Below are positions 29,088 to 38,445 of a DNA stretch of 61,051 nt, in pieces. Source of the stretch: Solirubrobacterales bacterium (GTDB lineage: Bacteria > Actinomycetota > Thermoleophilia > Solirubrobacterales > Solirubrobacteraceae). The notes under the pieces were generated by a model. It was not told the origin of the DNA. It did no database searches and saw only the letters and a program-made list of their open reading frames with translations. The position numbers were made by a program, and so were the translations under genes. Numbering within the stretch: the stretch's first letter is position 1; the number at the start of each line of letters is the position of its first letter. The stretch covers positions 1-61,051 of the forward strand of contig PMOY01000096.1 of the NCBI GenBank assembly GCA_003165655.1, given 5' to 3'.

Positions 29088-29477
29088 TCAGTCCGACCAA
29101 GCGTCCTCGTCGGCGAGCTCTGCCTCGGCTTCGGCGGCGAGCACCTCTCCGCCCTCGTCCCGCAGTTCGAGCCGCCACGCGTCCTTGCGCCCCTCGATCG
29201 GAGTGGCGATCAGGACGTAGGCCTCGCCCGGACGCACGGGAGCCCGGAACCGCACGCGCTGCAGCAGCCCTCCTGTCAGCCACTGTGGTCCGGCGATGCG
29301 GAGCATCTGCTCCTGCATCAGCGCCAGCGTGTAGTGGCCGTGTGCGATCGTGCCGCCGAACGGCGTGCCGCTCGCGTAGTCAGGTGAGACATGCAACGGG
29401 TTGAAGTCGGTTGAGAGCCGAGCCCAGGCATCGATCAGCTCCTGGGACACCGTCACCTGCCGGGAGACCTGAGTCAT
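29088..29477 (-). CDS. MaoC-family dehydratase
   Basis: STDFNPLH, GTIAHG, RFRAPVRPG. Confidence 0.85.
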   Translation of the reverse strand: MTQVSRQVTVSQELIDAWARLSTDFNPLHVSPDYASGTPFGGTIAHGHYTLALMQEQMLRIAGPQWLTGGLLQRVRFRAPVRPGEAYVLIATPIEGRKDAWRLELRDEGGEVLAAEAEAELADEDAWSD

Positions 29478-29902
29478 TTTGGCCATCGCGCGGTGATGCG
29501 CACCTGGGCGACGACCTCGCCGCCCTGGTTCGCCGTGGTGAGGAAGACGATCGTGCGCTTGCCATCTCGCTCCTCCGCGCTCGTCACGCGGGCGCCGATG
29601 CGCAGCGGCAAGTCGGCCATCGCGGGCGTCACCCAGCGGATGTCCTGTCCGAGGAGGATCCCGCCTGGCGGCATCCGGTGCTCGCGCAGGTAACCGAGAC
29701 GACCGAAGATGGCGGCGAAGCCAGGGGGCAGCGTGCCATCGGGATTGGGATCGACCCCCGCCAGGCGCTGGTAATCCGCTAGATCGGAAGGGCTGACAAC
29801 GTACTCGAACTCGGGGAATTGCCCGAGCGCCCGAGCCAGATCGAAGGTCAGCTCCGGCAGTTCGCCAGGGCCAGCGTCGGATTGCGGGACGGCGGTCGAC
29901 AT
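29474..29902 (-). CDS. Hot-dog fold (MaoC partner) protein
   Basis: PPGF, GQDIRW..P, NQGGEVVA; ATGA-coupled to the MaoC gene. Confidence 0.72.
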   Translation of the reverse strand: MSTAVPQSDAGPGELPELTFDLARALGQFPEFEYVVSPSDLADYQRLAGVDPNPDGTLPPGFAAIFGRLGYLREHRMPPGGILLGQDIRWVTPAMADLPLRIGARVTSAEERDGKRTIVFLTTANQGGEVVAQVRITARWPK

Positions 29903-29907
29903 CGCAC

Positions 29908-30831
29908 TCAGCTCCTCGCGTGAACGGGGTCGTCCTCCCACTCGAACCGCCGGGCTCTCGGGGTACGGCTGCGCAGGGGCACGGCGAGCGCATCGGCCAG
30001 CCAGTTCGCCGCCTCGATGATGGCCGCGCGATCCACCCCTGTGTCGAAGCCGAGGTCGTGTAGCGCCCAGACGACGTCCTCGGTCGCGACATTGCCGGCG
30101 GCGCCCGGCGCGAACGGGCATCCGCCGAGGCCGCCCAGGGCCGCGTCGACCATCGAGGCCCCGGCGTCTACGGCAGCGATGACGTTGGCCAGAGCCACCC
30201 CACGGGCGTCGTGGAAGTGCGCCCCGAGGGTCACCGAGCCTAGTTCAGAGCGCAGGCGGGACACCAGGCGGCTCACCTGGTGCGGGTTGCCGACGCCGAC
30301 CGTGTCCCCGAGCAGGATCCTCTCGTAGCCGGCCTCCGCCAGGCGGGAAGCGAGCGCGAGCACAGTGTCGGCCGAGACGGGACCGTCAAACGGGCACCCG
30401 AATGCCACCGCGATGGTCACGCTGCTCTGAGCTCCCGCGGCGATCTCCGGGCGCATGGCGACGACCTCATCGAGCATCGCATCGCGGTCGCGGCGGAAGT
30501 TGGCCTGGGTCATCCCGTCGGTCGCCGGAACCGTCGTGGAGATCTCGTCGACGCCGGCCGCCAGTGCACGCTCCACGCCCGATCGGCTGGCGGCAAACAC
30601 CGAGCGCACCGTGCCGGGAAGCCTCTCCGGTGGTAGCAAGCGAAGCAGCTCAGCCGCGTCGGCCAGCTGCGGCACGGCCTTCGGGGACACGAACGAGGTG
30701 ATCTCGATCGAGCGCACGTCGGCCGCGTGGATCCGGCGTACCAGCTCGGCCTTCAGCTCGGTCGGCACCTCGGGACCATAGTCCTGCAGTCCATCGCGCG
30801 GGCAGACATCGCGCAGCTCGAGCTTGGTCAT
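29908..30831 (-). CDS. Hydroxymethylglutaryl-CoA lyase family (DRE-TIM) protein
   Basis: CPRDGLQ, SFVSPKAVPQLAD, AFGCPF, HFHD, GLGGCPFAPGAAGNVATED. Confidence 0.92.
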   Translation of the reverse strand: MTKLELRDVCPRDGLQDYGPEVPTELKAELVRRIHAADVRSIEITSFVSPKAVPQLADAAELLRLLPPERLPGTVRSVFAASRSGVERALAAGVDEISTTVPATDGMTQANFRRDRDAMLDEVVAMRPEIAAGAQSSVTIAVAFGCPFDGPVSADTVLALASRLAEAGYERILLGDTVGVGNPHQVSRLVSRLRSELGSVTLGAHFHDARGVALANVIAAVDAGASMVDAALGGLGGCPFAPGAAGNVATEDVVWALHDLGFDTGVDRAAIIEAANWLADALAVPLRSRTPRARRFEWEDDPVHARS

Positions 30832-32084
30832 GCCACCCTCACTCGCTCGAGGATCGCATCACGGTGGTCGGGATGGGCGACGCTCGCCAGCAGCTCCGCG
30901 CGCTCTCGGGTGCTGGCAAAGCCAAGCCGCGCCACGCCGTACTCGGTCACCACGTAATCGACGCTGTGCCGTGGGACGGTGATGGGTACATCGCTGGCCA
31001 GCGAGCTGACGATCTTGGGGGAGGCGTCCCTGAGGTTGGTGGACGTCATCGCGATGATCCGCATACCCCCGATCGACAGCAGGGCCGACTCCGTAAAGTC
31101 GATGCTCCCCCCAGTGCCGGTGAGCTGCTTGCCGCCGACCCATTCGGCGTTGACCTGGCCGAGGCGGTCGATCTCGATCGCCGAGTTGATCGACACGAAG
31201 CGATCCATCGTGTACAGCGTCGAGGCAGTAATGCCCAGCGGGGTGCTGTAGACCCCTAGTACCGGGTTCTCGTGCGCGAAGTCCATCAGGAGGCGGCTCC
31301 CCATCAGCTCCGCGGTCATGACAGGCGGATACGGGACCATGTCGTCGACCTCGAGAAGCCCCGCCTCGTGCAGGTCGGCAATGCCGTCCACCCCCATGCC
31401 AACGAAGCGCAGATCCGGTACGCGTTGGTCCCGCAGGGCCTCCACGAGCGCTTCGGGAATGGCGCCGATCCCGATCTGCAAGGTGGGCCGGGGCGGCAGC
31501 AGCGGAAGGATGTGATCGGCGATCGTCCGGCTCATTTCGTCCGGCTTGGCGCGCGGGTACTCCGGCATGGGCGACCGGGACTCAACCGCGACGTCGATCT
31601 TGGAAACATGGATGGCGCTTTCCCCGCGCGTGCGCGGGAGCGTCTCGTCCAACTCGGCCACGACCAAGGACGCGTCCCTTACCGCGGGGAGTGGATAGCT
31701 CACCGACGGGCCGAGGTTGCAGAAGCCGTGGCGGTCCGGAGGAGTTACGCGGATGAAGGCGACATCGGCGCCGAGGTGACGAACGAGCCCCGGAACCTGT
31801 GAGGCGCGCACGGGGTAGAACGGTACAGCGCCGTCGGCGACCAGCTTCCGCACGGCGGGCATCACGTGCCAGGTGCAGTAAGACAGCACACCTTCCTCAA
31901 CCGCGGGCAGAAATGGGTAGTCTCCGAGCAGCAACCCGCTGCACAGCCGCGTCCCAGGCAGGCGATTGGCGCCCCGGGCGAGCATCTCAAGAAGGGTGCT
32001 CGGAGTACCGCAGCCGGGAGCTGCCACGATCGTCCGTCCAGGACCGATCCGCTCGATGACCTCATCTTCGCGAGCGAGCCTCAT
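30828..32084 (-). CDS. Acetyl-CoA hydrolase / 4-hydroxybutyrate CoA-transferase family
   Basis: TPPDRHG, TLQIGIGAIP, SINSAIEID..GQVNAE, GTGG..DF, VVTEYG, AHPDHR. Confidence 0.9.
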   Translation of the reverse strand: MRLAREDEVIERIGPGRTIVAAPGCGTPSTLLEMLARGANRLPGTRLCSGLLLGDYPFLPAVEEGVLSYCTWHVMPAVRKLVADGAVPFYPVRASQVPGLVRHLGADVAFIRVTPPDRHGFCNLGPSVSYPLPAVRDASLVVAELDETLPRTRGESAIHVSKIDVAVESRSPMPEYPRAKPDEMSRTIADHILPLLPPRPTLQIGIGAIPEALVEALRDQRVPDLRFVGMGVDGIADLHEAGLLEVDDMVPYPPVMTAELMGSRLLMDFAHENPVLGVYSTPLGITASTLYTMDRFVSINSAIEIDRLGQVNAEWVGGKQLTGTGGSIDFTESALLSIGGMRIIAMTSTNLRDASPKIVSSLASDVPITVPRHSVDYVVTEYGVARLGFASTRERAELLASVAHPDHRDAILERVRVA

Positions 32085-32100
32085 TGGCGTCAGTCTATAT

Positions 32101-32116
32101 TCTGCTTACCCGCAAG
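32101..32116. promoter_or_regulatory. Putative operator (variant)
   Basis: TCTGCttacccGCAAG, 17 bp upstream of the CoA transferase start. Confidence 0.5.
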
Positions 32117-32344
32117 TCAATGCAGTCGCCCGGTCGTCACGGCGTCGCCGCCGGTGCCGGAAAGTGGGGTCAGCGGCGTCCTGGGTACCCTGGCGAGCGA
32201 GACCCCAACGCCCTGATTTGATCGGGTCCGCGGACCCATTCGCGGTGAGCGCGGCTTATGTGATCCGACCTGCCCAAGCTTACCGCAGAGCGAGGCGCTC
32301 GGGACGGTGGCGGCGCGGTGACGAAGGAAGGTTCTTTACGCGCA

Positions 32345-32360
32345 CTTGCAGGCGCGCAAG
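32345..32360. promoter_or_regulatory. Putative operator CTTGC-N6-GCAAG
   Basis: CTTGCaggcgcGCAAG followed by a TGTGATACT -10-like element. Confidence 0.7.
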
Positions 32361-32465
32361 CCGTGTGATACTGATTGCAGCAATGGCAGTGGTTTGGGCG
32401 AACGCTCGGAAGCGACTTGAGAGGGCGGCGTTGCGCCCTCGAGCTAGTTAGGGGTGGGTCACCGC

Positions 32466-33257
32466 ATGTCGGAACCCAAGGTGGCCGAGGGCCTGCAGAT
32501 CGAGACCCGCGGGCCTGTCACTTGGCTGACGCTGACACGCCCCAGCCGCCGCAATGCGCTTACAGTGGAGGATCGGCTGGCCCTGGCCGCCGCGCTCTAC
32601 GAAGCTGATCACGATCCCGAGGTCCGCGTTGTCGTGATCACCGGCCACGGCGACTACTTCTGCGCAGGCGGCGACGTCCGCGAGTTCCAGGTGGAGCGCA
32701 CGCGCGCCGAAGCCGAAGAGTACGCGGTCACCAAGGCCCAGACGGTGTTCCGCGTGATGCGTGCGATGCGCACGCCCACGGTGGCCCGCGTCCGAGGCGT
32801 CGCCGCCGGCGCCGGCATGTACCTGGCGCTCGGGTCCGACATCGTCGTCGCCGAGGAGGGAGGTTTCTTTCACCCTGGCCACCTGGACCTCGCGGTCACG
32901 CCTGACTGGGGCGCCGTCTGGCTCATGCCACGCCTGATGGGCATGGCGCGCGCGAAGTCGACGATGCTGACCGGCAACCGCATCCCCTTCGACACGGCCG
33001 AGCGCTGGGGCCTCATCGCCGAATGCGTCGCCGGTGACCGGTTAGACGCCGTGGTCGACGATTACTGCCAGCGCATCGCGAGCATCCCGGAGGCGCCGAT
33101 GGCCCTAACGCGAAAGGGGCTCGATGCGTCACTCGACCGGCCGCTGGACGCCTTCCTCGACTGGGAGGCCATGGTGATCGCGGACGTGTTGACCCGTCCG
33201 GAGCACCGCGAGCGTGTTGATGCGTTCCTCGTGCGGCGCAGCCGATCAAATAGCTGA
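32466..33257 (+). CDS. Enoyl-CoA hydratase/isomerase (PaaG-like)
   Basis: RPSRRNAL, FCAGGD, AAGAG, PDWG. Confidence 0.9.
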   Translation: MSEPKVAEGLQIETRGPVTWLTLTRPSRRNALTVEDRLALAAALYEADHDPEVRVVVITGHGDYFCAGGDVREFQVERTRAEAEEYAVTKAQTVFRVMRAMRTPTVARVRGVAAGAGMYLALGSDIVVAEEGGFFHPGHLDLAVTPDWGAVWLMPRLMGMARAKSTMLTGNRIPFDTAERWGLIAECVAGDRLDAVVDDYCQRIASIPEAPMALTRKGLDASLDRPLDAFLDWEAMVIADVLTRPEHRERVDAFLVRRSRSNS

Positions 33258-33482
33258 GGTCCTCCCAGCGCCCGACACTGACGGATCAGGCGCAGGCCCT
33301 TCTATCCGCGATCCGGTGCTCGAGAAACCGCAGCAGCCACCTATGGCCGATGGTCAGGTCCGGGAGCTCTTCCGCCACGCGCTCGACGAGCTCGGAGAGG
33401 TAGAACTGACGCCTCTCCCTCCTGCCGGTCAGCGGCGCGAGCTTGGGTCTCTGTTCGCCGAGCCAAGGGCACCCCGGGTAAC

Positions 33483-34496
33483 ATGAACCGTGACCAGATC
33501 GTTGTGGGTGACCAGCTGGTTGTAGGTGTCATCGCGCCTTGGCTCGGACGGGATCTCGGCTGGCTGACTTCAATCGATGCACGCCTCCACGTGATCGACG
33601 GGCGTGAGGACGGTTCAGCGAGGGACTCCTTGCTCGGCGATGCAGATGTGCTTCTCGTCGGTTACCCCGTACCTCGCGTCCTTGCCGCGAAGGCTCCGCG
33701 GCTTCGTTGGGTGCATCACACCCAGGCCGGAGCGTCGAACCTGCACGCGAGCGATCTCTGGTCCTCCGATGTACTGCTCACCTCGAGTCGCGGACATGTC
33801 GCTACCGTCGCGATCGCCGAGTACGTCTTAGCGGGAGCTTTCCACTTCGCGCGCGGGATGTACGAAGCGACAGCCGGAGGCGAAGCGCGCGGCTTCGGAG
33901 AGAACCGAGCCGCTGACCATCTCCGCGTGCTGCACGGCGCAACCATGGGTGTGATCGGTCTTGGTGGCATCGGGCGCGAAGTGGGACGACTCGCTCGCGC
34001 AGTCGGTATGCGCGTGGTAGCCATCCGACGGTCTGCCGTGGCGACGCAACGCAATGTCGATGGCGTCACCCTGCTTCTCCCGCCGGACCGGCTGCTCGAG
34101 TTGGTCGCACAAAGCGACGTGATCGCCGTCTGCGCACAACTCACTGAGGAGACGCGGGGAATGGTCGACCACTCTGTCTTCGACGTCATGCAGCGCCACG
34201 CGATCTTAATCAACGTAGCTCGCGGAGAAATAGTTGATGAGGAGGCGATGGTCCTAGCTATTCGTGAGGGTCGTCTTCGTGGCGCTGTCCTTGATGTCTA
34301 CGATGGTGAACTGGATGGCTGTCCGCCGCGCCCCGAGCTCAGCGAACTGCCTCAGATTGTCCTGACCCCCCACATCTCCGGGAGAGGCGATCCAGGAGGC
34401 GCAGAATCCGCGAGGGCGCTGTTCACCGAGAACATGCGTCGGTTCTTGGCGGGCAGGACGATGATCAACGTCATCGACCGCAGACGGGGCTACTAA
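33483..34496 (+). CDS. D-2-hydroxyacid dehydrogenase
   Basis: AIAEY, GLGGIG, INVARG, LDV, TPHISG. Confidence 0.92.
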   Translation: MNRDQIVVGDQLVVGVIAPWLGRDLGWLTSIDARLHVIDGREDGSARDSLLGDADVLLVGYPVPRVLAAKAPRLRWVHHTQAGASNLHASDLWSSDVLLTSSRGHVATVAIAEYVLAGAFHFARGMYEATAGGEARGFGENRAADHLRVLHGATMGVIGLGGIGREVGRLARAVGMRVVAIRRSAVATQRNVDGVTLLLPPDRLLELVAQSDVIAVCAQLTEETRGMVDHSVFDVMQRHAILINVARGEIVDEEAMVLAIREGRLRGAVLDVYDGELDGCPPRPELSELPQIVLTPHISGRGDPGGAESARALFTENMRRFLAGRTMINVIDRRRGY

Positions 34497-34618
34497 AAGT
34501 CAATCACATGGAGGCTCGTAATCGGAGAGCCCGATCTCCATCTCACATGGATGTGGTGAGTGACGGTGCACGAAGTCGGCGCCACCGCAGATGACGATCG
34601 GGTCGTGCGCGCAGCGTC

Positions 34619-35881
34619 TTACCGGGGGAGCTCGTTCCACGGCACGTCCCTGAGGTCGTACGGGTCCTTCGGGAGGCCGAGAATCCGCTCTCCGAGGACG
34701 TTGCGCTGGATCTCGGACGTACCGCCCGCAATCGTGTCACCTCGCGAGCGAAGAAATCCGAACACCACTCGGCCCGCATCGTTGTCGTCCTCGTGCCAAG
34801 CCAGAGCGCGAGCCCCCAGGAGATCCAGGGCGCATTCCTGCAGACGTTGGTTGTGTTCGGACTGGAAGAGCTTCTTGATCGAACCTTCGGCTCCCGCCTG
34901 TTCGCCACGTTGGCGAGCCTGACTTGCCCTTAGGTTCGTCAGCCTGAGGACGGTCTCCTCGATCCAAAGCGTGGCCAAACGCTGGCGGACGCCAGGTTCC
35001 ATCCACGGGCTGTCTGCTTGCCCGGCGCCCGCGAGCGCTAACTGAAGCACGCGCTCGATGGATCGGCCGCTCGTTCGATCCCGCATCCCGGATCCCGCTC
35101 CGCTCAACATCGTCCGCTCGTGCGAGAGAGTTTGCAGAGCCACGCGCCAACCATCGCCGACATCGCCGACCCGATTCGAATCGGGTACCTGCACATCGTC
35201 GAGAAACACCTCGTTGAACTCGGAGTCACCGCTCATCTTCCGGAGTGGTCGAACCGTAACGCCGGGCGCGTTGAGGTCGGTGATGAAGAATGTGATGCCT
35301 TTGTGCTTGGGTAGACGAGGATTGGTCCGTGCGAGCGTGAGACCAAAGCGTGCCTCGTGCGCGAAACTCGACCAGACTTTTTGGCCGTTAAGGACCCAGC
35401 AGTCGCCTTCGCGCGACGCTCGGGTGGCAAGGCTGGCAAGGTCCGAGCCTGCACCCGGTTCGCTGAAGAGCTGGCACCAGATTTCGTCATTGCGGACCAG
35501 TGGGAGGAGGAAACGCTCGCGTTGCTCCTCGCTCCCGAGGGAGAGCAGCGTGGGACCCGCGAGCCCGAGGCCAATGACGTTCAGTCGGACGAGGCCCACC
35601 GCGCTGGTAACCTCGTTGACCACCTGGGCTACCTCTTCCGATACGCCGAGCCCGCCGTACTTAGTCGGCCAGCTGGGGACGACCAGGCCAGAGTCGGCGA
35701 AGGCCGGATACCACGCTCGGTATTGCTCGGGCGTTCGCCGCCGTCGTAATTCAGCCAAGTCTCCGTTCCGGGCGGCCTCGAGCCACGACGACGGCACGTT
35801 CTTCTCCAGCCAGTGCGTCGCCAATTGCCTGACGGCGTCTGGTGTCAAGTCTTGATCTAGGTGGAGGCGAGTACTAGTCAA
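34619..35881 (-). CDS. Acyl-CoA dehydrogenase (heteromeric, catalytic-type subunit)
   Basis: WCQLFSEPGAGSDLA, NGQKVWSS, FNEVFLD, TIAGGTSEIQRNVLGERILGLP; TTG start inferred from TTGA overlap. Confidence 0.92.
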   Translation of the reverse strand: MTSTRLHLDQDLTPDAVRQLATHWLEKNVPSSWLEAARNGDLAELRRRRTPEQYRAWYPAFADSGLVVPSWPTKYGGLGVSEEVAQVVNEVTSAVGLVRLNVIGLGLAGPTLLSLGSEEQRERFLLPLVRNDEIWCQLFSEPGAGSDLASLATRASREGDCWVLNGQKVWSSFAHEARFGLTLARTNPRLPKHKGITFFITDLNAPGVTVRPLRKMSGDSEFNEVFLDDVQVPDSNRVGDVGDGWRVALQTLSHERTMLSGAGSGMRDRTSGRSIERVLQLALAGAGQADSPWMEPGVRQRLATLWIEETVLRLTNLRASQARQRGEQAGAEGSIKKLFQSEHNQRLQECALDLLGARALAWHEDDNDAGRVVFGFLRSRGDTIAGGTSEIQRNVLGERILGLPKDPYDLRDVPWNELPR

Positions 35882-36624
35882 CTCGAGGACGATTTGAAGA
35901 CGCGTCGTAGGGACCAAAGCTGCGGGGCGCGCTCGATCATGGCGCCCGGGCCTGGAGCCCCTCGAATGGTGCGGAACGTTTCGGTCACTCGTCGGGCTAG
36001 TTCTGGATCGGATGCAGCGCCTCTTGCCAGGTTCATCGCCGTCTGATGCAGTCGGTCGCGGGGTACACACTCGATCGCGAACCCTGCGGCAGTAGCCTCT
36101 GCCGCGGTGATACGCCGCCCTAGGAGCACGAGGGCGGCCGCGAGCGTCGGAGCTGCGTCGAAGAGCATCTCGATATGCCCGCCCCCAGGGTGGACGTTCG
36201 CTGCCGAAAAGCCGATGAGCACTGCATCATCGGCTACGACTCGCACATCGCACATGAGCGAGACGTTGATGCCGGCGCCGACGAGTCGGCCTCCGACTGC
36301 CGCGATGGTGGGAACCGCCGCTCGTCTAAACGCCGCAAACATGTCATAGATCTCGCCGAGGCTGTCGTAGGATGTCCCGGAGAGGGGGTCGCGAGCGGCC
36401 TCTCGCAGCGTCTGAAGGTCGGCGCCGGCGCAGAAGTCAGGGCCCGTCGCCTCGACGACCACGGCCCCCACCGATGGATCATCTTCGGCCCTGCGCAATG
36501 CGCCGCGCAAATCCGCCGCCATGGCGGGTGTGAGCGCGTTGCGACGTTCCGGCGCGTCGAGTCGGATCAGCGCCACCCCGCCGTCAGTCTCGAGCGTAAC
36601 TTCTGCAGCCGAATTCACCGACAC
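35878..36624 (-). CDS. Enoyl-CoA hydratase/isomerase family
   Basis: PERRNAL, FCAGADL, VGAG.N, HPGGGH. Confidence 0.88.
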   Translation of the reverse strand: MSVNSAAEVTLETDGGVALIRLDAPERRNALTPAMAADLRGALRRAEDDPSVGAVVVEATGPDFCAGADLQTLREAARDPLSGTSYDSLGEIYDMFAAFRRAAVPTIAAVGGRLVGAGINVSLMCDVRVVADDAVLIGFSAANVHPGGGHIEMLFDAAPTLAAALVLLGRRITAAEATAAGFAIECVPRDRLHQTAMNLARGAASDPELARRVTETFRTIRGAPGPGAMIERAPQLWSLRRVFKSSSS

Positions 36625-36625
36625 A

Positions 36626-36638
36626 AGTACAGTATACT
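36626..36638 (-). promoter_or_regulatory. AGTATACTGTACT motif / leaderless -10 (TATACT-N6-GTG)
   Basis: Immediately upstream of the 36624 start; member of the second recurring motif. Confidence 0.55.
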
Positions 36639-36720
36639 TAATCTCGGCGCCGACCGGTGGCCAACCACCAGATCGGGCCCGGATTAGTCGATCCGCCGCC
36701 CTCCACGTGATACTAATCGA

Positions 36721-37473
36721 GTGATAGACCGAGCTTCAAAACGAAATCGACTGCCGAACCGGCCACAGGCGCGGCGTACGGATCGCGGCAAGTTGGGCGA
36801 CGAGGTCGCGCGCCAGATCGAGGGCGACATCATTGCGCAGGGATGGCCGGTGGGCGTGGTGCTCGGGTCCGAGGCGGATTTGGTCAAGCGGTACGGCGTC
36901 AGCCGGGCAATCTTCCGCGAGGCGGTTAGGCTCGTGGAACATCACCAGATTGCCGTCATGCGGCGGGGACCAGGCGGAGGCTTAGTAGTCACGGCCCCGG
37001 ATGCAGGATCGATCGCCCGGTCGATGGCGCTCAACCTGACATACCAGAATGCCGGCGCAGCGGATCTCGTCGAGGCACGCATTCCCGTGGAAGTCGCCGC
37101 AGCCCAATTGGCCGCTGACCGGATCACCGATGAAGGCATTGCTCAGCTGCGTGAGGCGCGAGATCGCGAGCGCCACCTGCAACGCGACCTGCACCTCCCC
37201 GGAAGCCATGGCATTCATCAGACCATTGCCGAGCTCAGCGGCAACGCCCCGCTACGGATGTTCGTCGAAGTACTCGTTCGTCTCACCGATGAGCTTCTCC
37301 CCGGCTCGAGGAACGGCGATGCCACGCAAGCGGTCGCTCACGTTCACGATTGCATCGTCGACGCCGTGATCGCCGGCGACTCGGCGGTGGCAGCGCACCA
37401 CATGCGGTCCCACCTGCGGGCGATGGGCGAATGGCTCAAGGAGAGCACGTCCAGCTCGCACAGAGTATCCTAA
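36721..37473 (+). CDS. GntR/FadR-family transcriptional regulator (FCD domain)
   Basis: LGSEADLVKRYGVSRAIFREAVRL, RRGPGGG, H..IAELSGN, MRSHL. Confidence 0.93.
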   Translation: MIDRASKRNRLPNRPQARRTDRGKLGDEVARQIEGDIIAQGWPVGVVLGSEADLVKRYGVSRAIFREAVRLVEHHQIAVMRRGPGGGLVVTAPDAGSIARSMALNLTYQNAGAADLVEARIPVEVAAAQLAADRITDEGIAQLREARDRERHLQRDLHLPGSHGIHQTIAELSGNAPLRMFVEVLVRLTDELLPGSRNGDATQAVAHVHDCIVDAVIAGDSAVAAHHMRSHLRAMGEWLKESTSSSHRVS

Positions 37474-37526
37474 TCTCGTGGTCGGCTGGTTCCCCCGTCG
37501 CCATAGATCGAGTTAGGAGGCTGAGC

Positions 37527-38363
37527 GTGGCGGATCGAGATGGGGGCTCGTCGGGTCTGAGGTTCGAATCTGGTGATGGGATCGCGTGGATCTGGCTGGA
37601 CCGTCCCGAGCACGGCAATTCGTTGACACGCGAGATGCAGTCGGAGCTGCCGCGGCTGTGGCAAGCGATCGCCGCAGACGGTGATGTCGGCGTGGTCGTC
37701 GTCACGGGTACCGGCCAGCGGCACTTCTGCACCGGGACCGACGTCAAGACGGCAGCGCGAGAGGGCACAGATCGCCCGGGCCGGGGAACCTCGGTGTCTG
37801 AGTTCGTACGGCTCACGGCGCGGCAAAACGACGTCTGGAAACCGGTGATCTGCGCCGTCAACGGGCTCGCGGCCGGCGCCGGGTTGCACTTCGTGGTTGA
37901 TGCCGACATTGTGGTTGCCGCCGAGGGAGCGAGCTTCACCGACGCGCACGTCAACGTCGGCGCCGTCGGAGCGCTCGAAAACATTGGGCTCGCCAAGCGG
38001 ATGCCGCTTGGATCCGCGCTTCGACTCACCCTCATGGGCCGTGCCTACCGGATGTCGGCTGGCCGCGCGTATCAACTCGGATTCGTCGACGAGCTCGTCG
38101 CGCCTGAGGCGCTTCTGGACACCTGTTCGGGCATGGCGAAAGCGATGCTCGAGAATTCCCCGGCTGCGATGGCGGCGTCGCAGCGTGCCATCTGGCAATC
38201 CCTGGAGATGTCCTATGAGGAGGCGCTGGAACACGGATGGACGCTGATCCAGCAACAGTGGGAACATCCCGATTATCTCGAGGGGCCCCGGGCGTTCGCC
38301 GAGAGAAGGGCGCCGGTATGGGCCGACCGGACGCGGGTGAGCGGACCGTCCGAGGAAAAGTAG
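37527..38363 (+). CDS. Enoyl-CoA hydratase/isomerase family
   Basis: LDRPEHGNSL, FCTGTD, KPVICAVNG, EGPRAFAERRAPVW; AGGAGG RBS. Confidence 0.92.
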   Translation: MADRDGGSSGLRFESGDGIAWIWLDRPEHGNSLTREMQSELPRLWQAIAADGDVGVVVVTGTGQRHFCTGTDVKTAAREGTDRPGRGTSVSEFVRLTARQNDVWKPVICAVNGLAAGAGLHFVVDADIVVAAEGASFTDAHVNVGAVGALENIGLAKRMPLGSALRLTLMGRAYRMSAGRAYQLGFVDELVAPEALLDTCSGMAKAMLENSPAAMAASQRAIWQSLEMSYEEALEHGWTLIQQQWEHPDYLEGPRAFAERRAPVWADRTRVSGPSEEK

Positions 38364-38379
38364 GATACTCTTTTATCCT
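38362..38379. promoter_or_regulatory. Palindrome AGGATA-N6-TATCCT upstream of luxE/luxC-like genes
   Basis: AGGATActctttTATCCT; contains the second motif. Confidence 0.55.
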
Positions 38380-38445
38380 CTGCTCAGGCGCGAGAGGCCG
38401 GACTCCTTTGTCAACGCTCGCTCTACCCGTCAACGGAAGGTGGAT

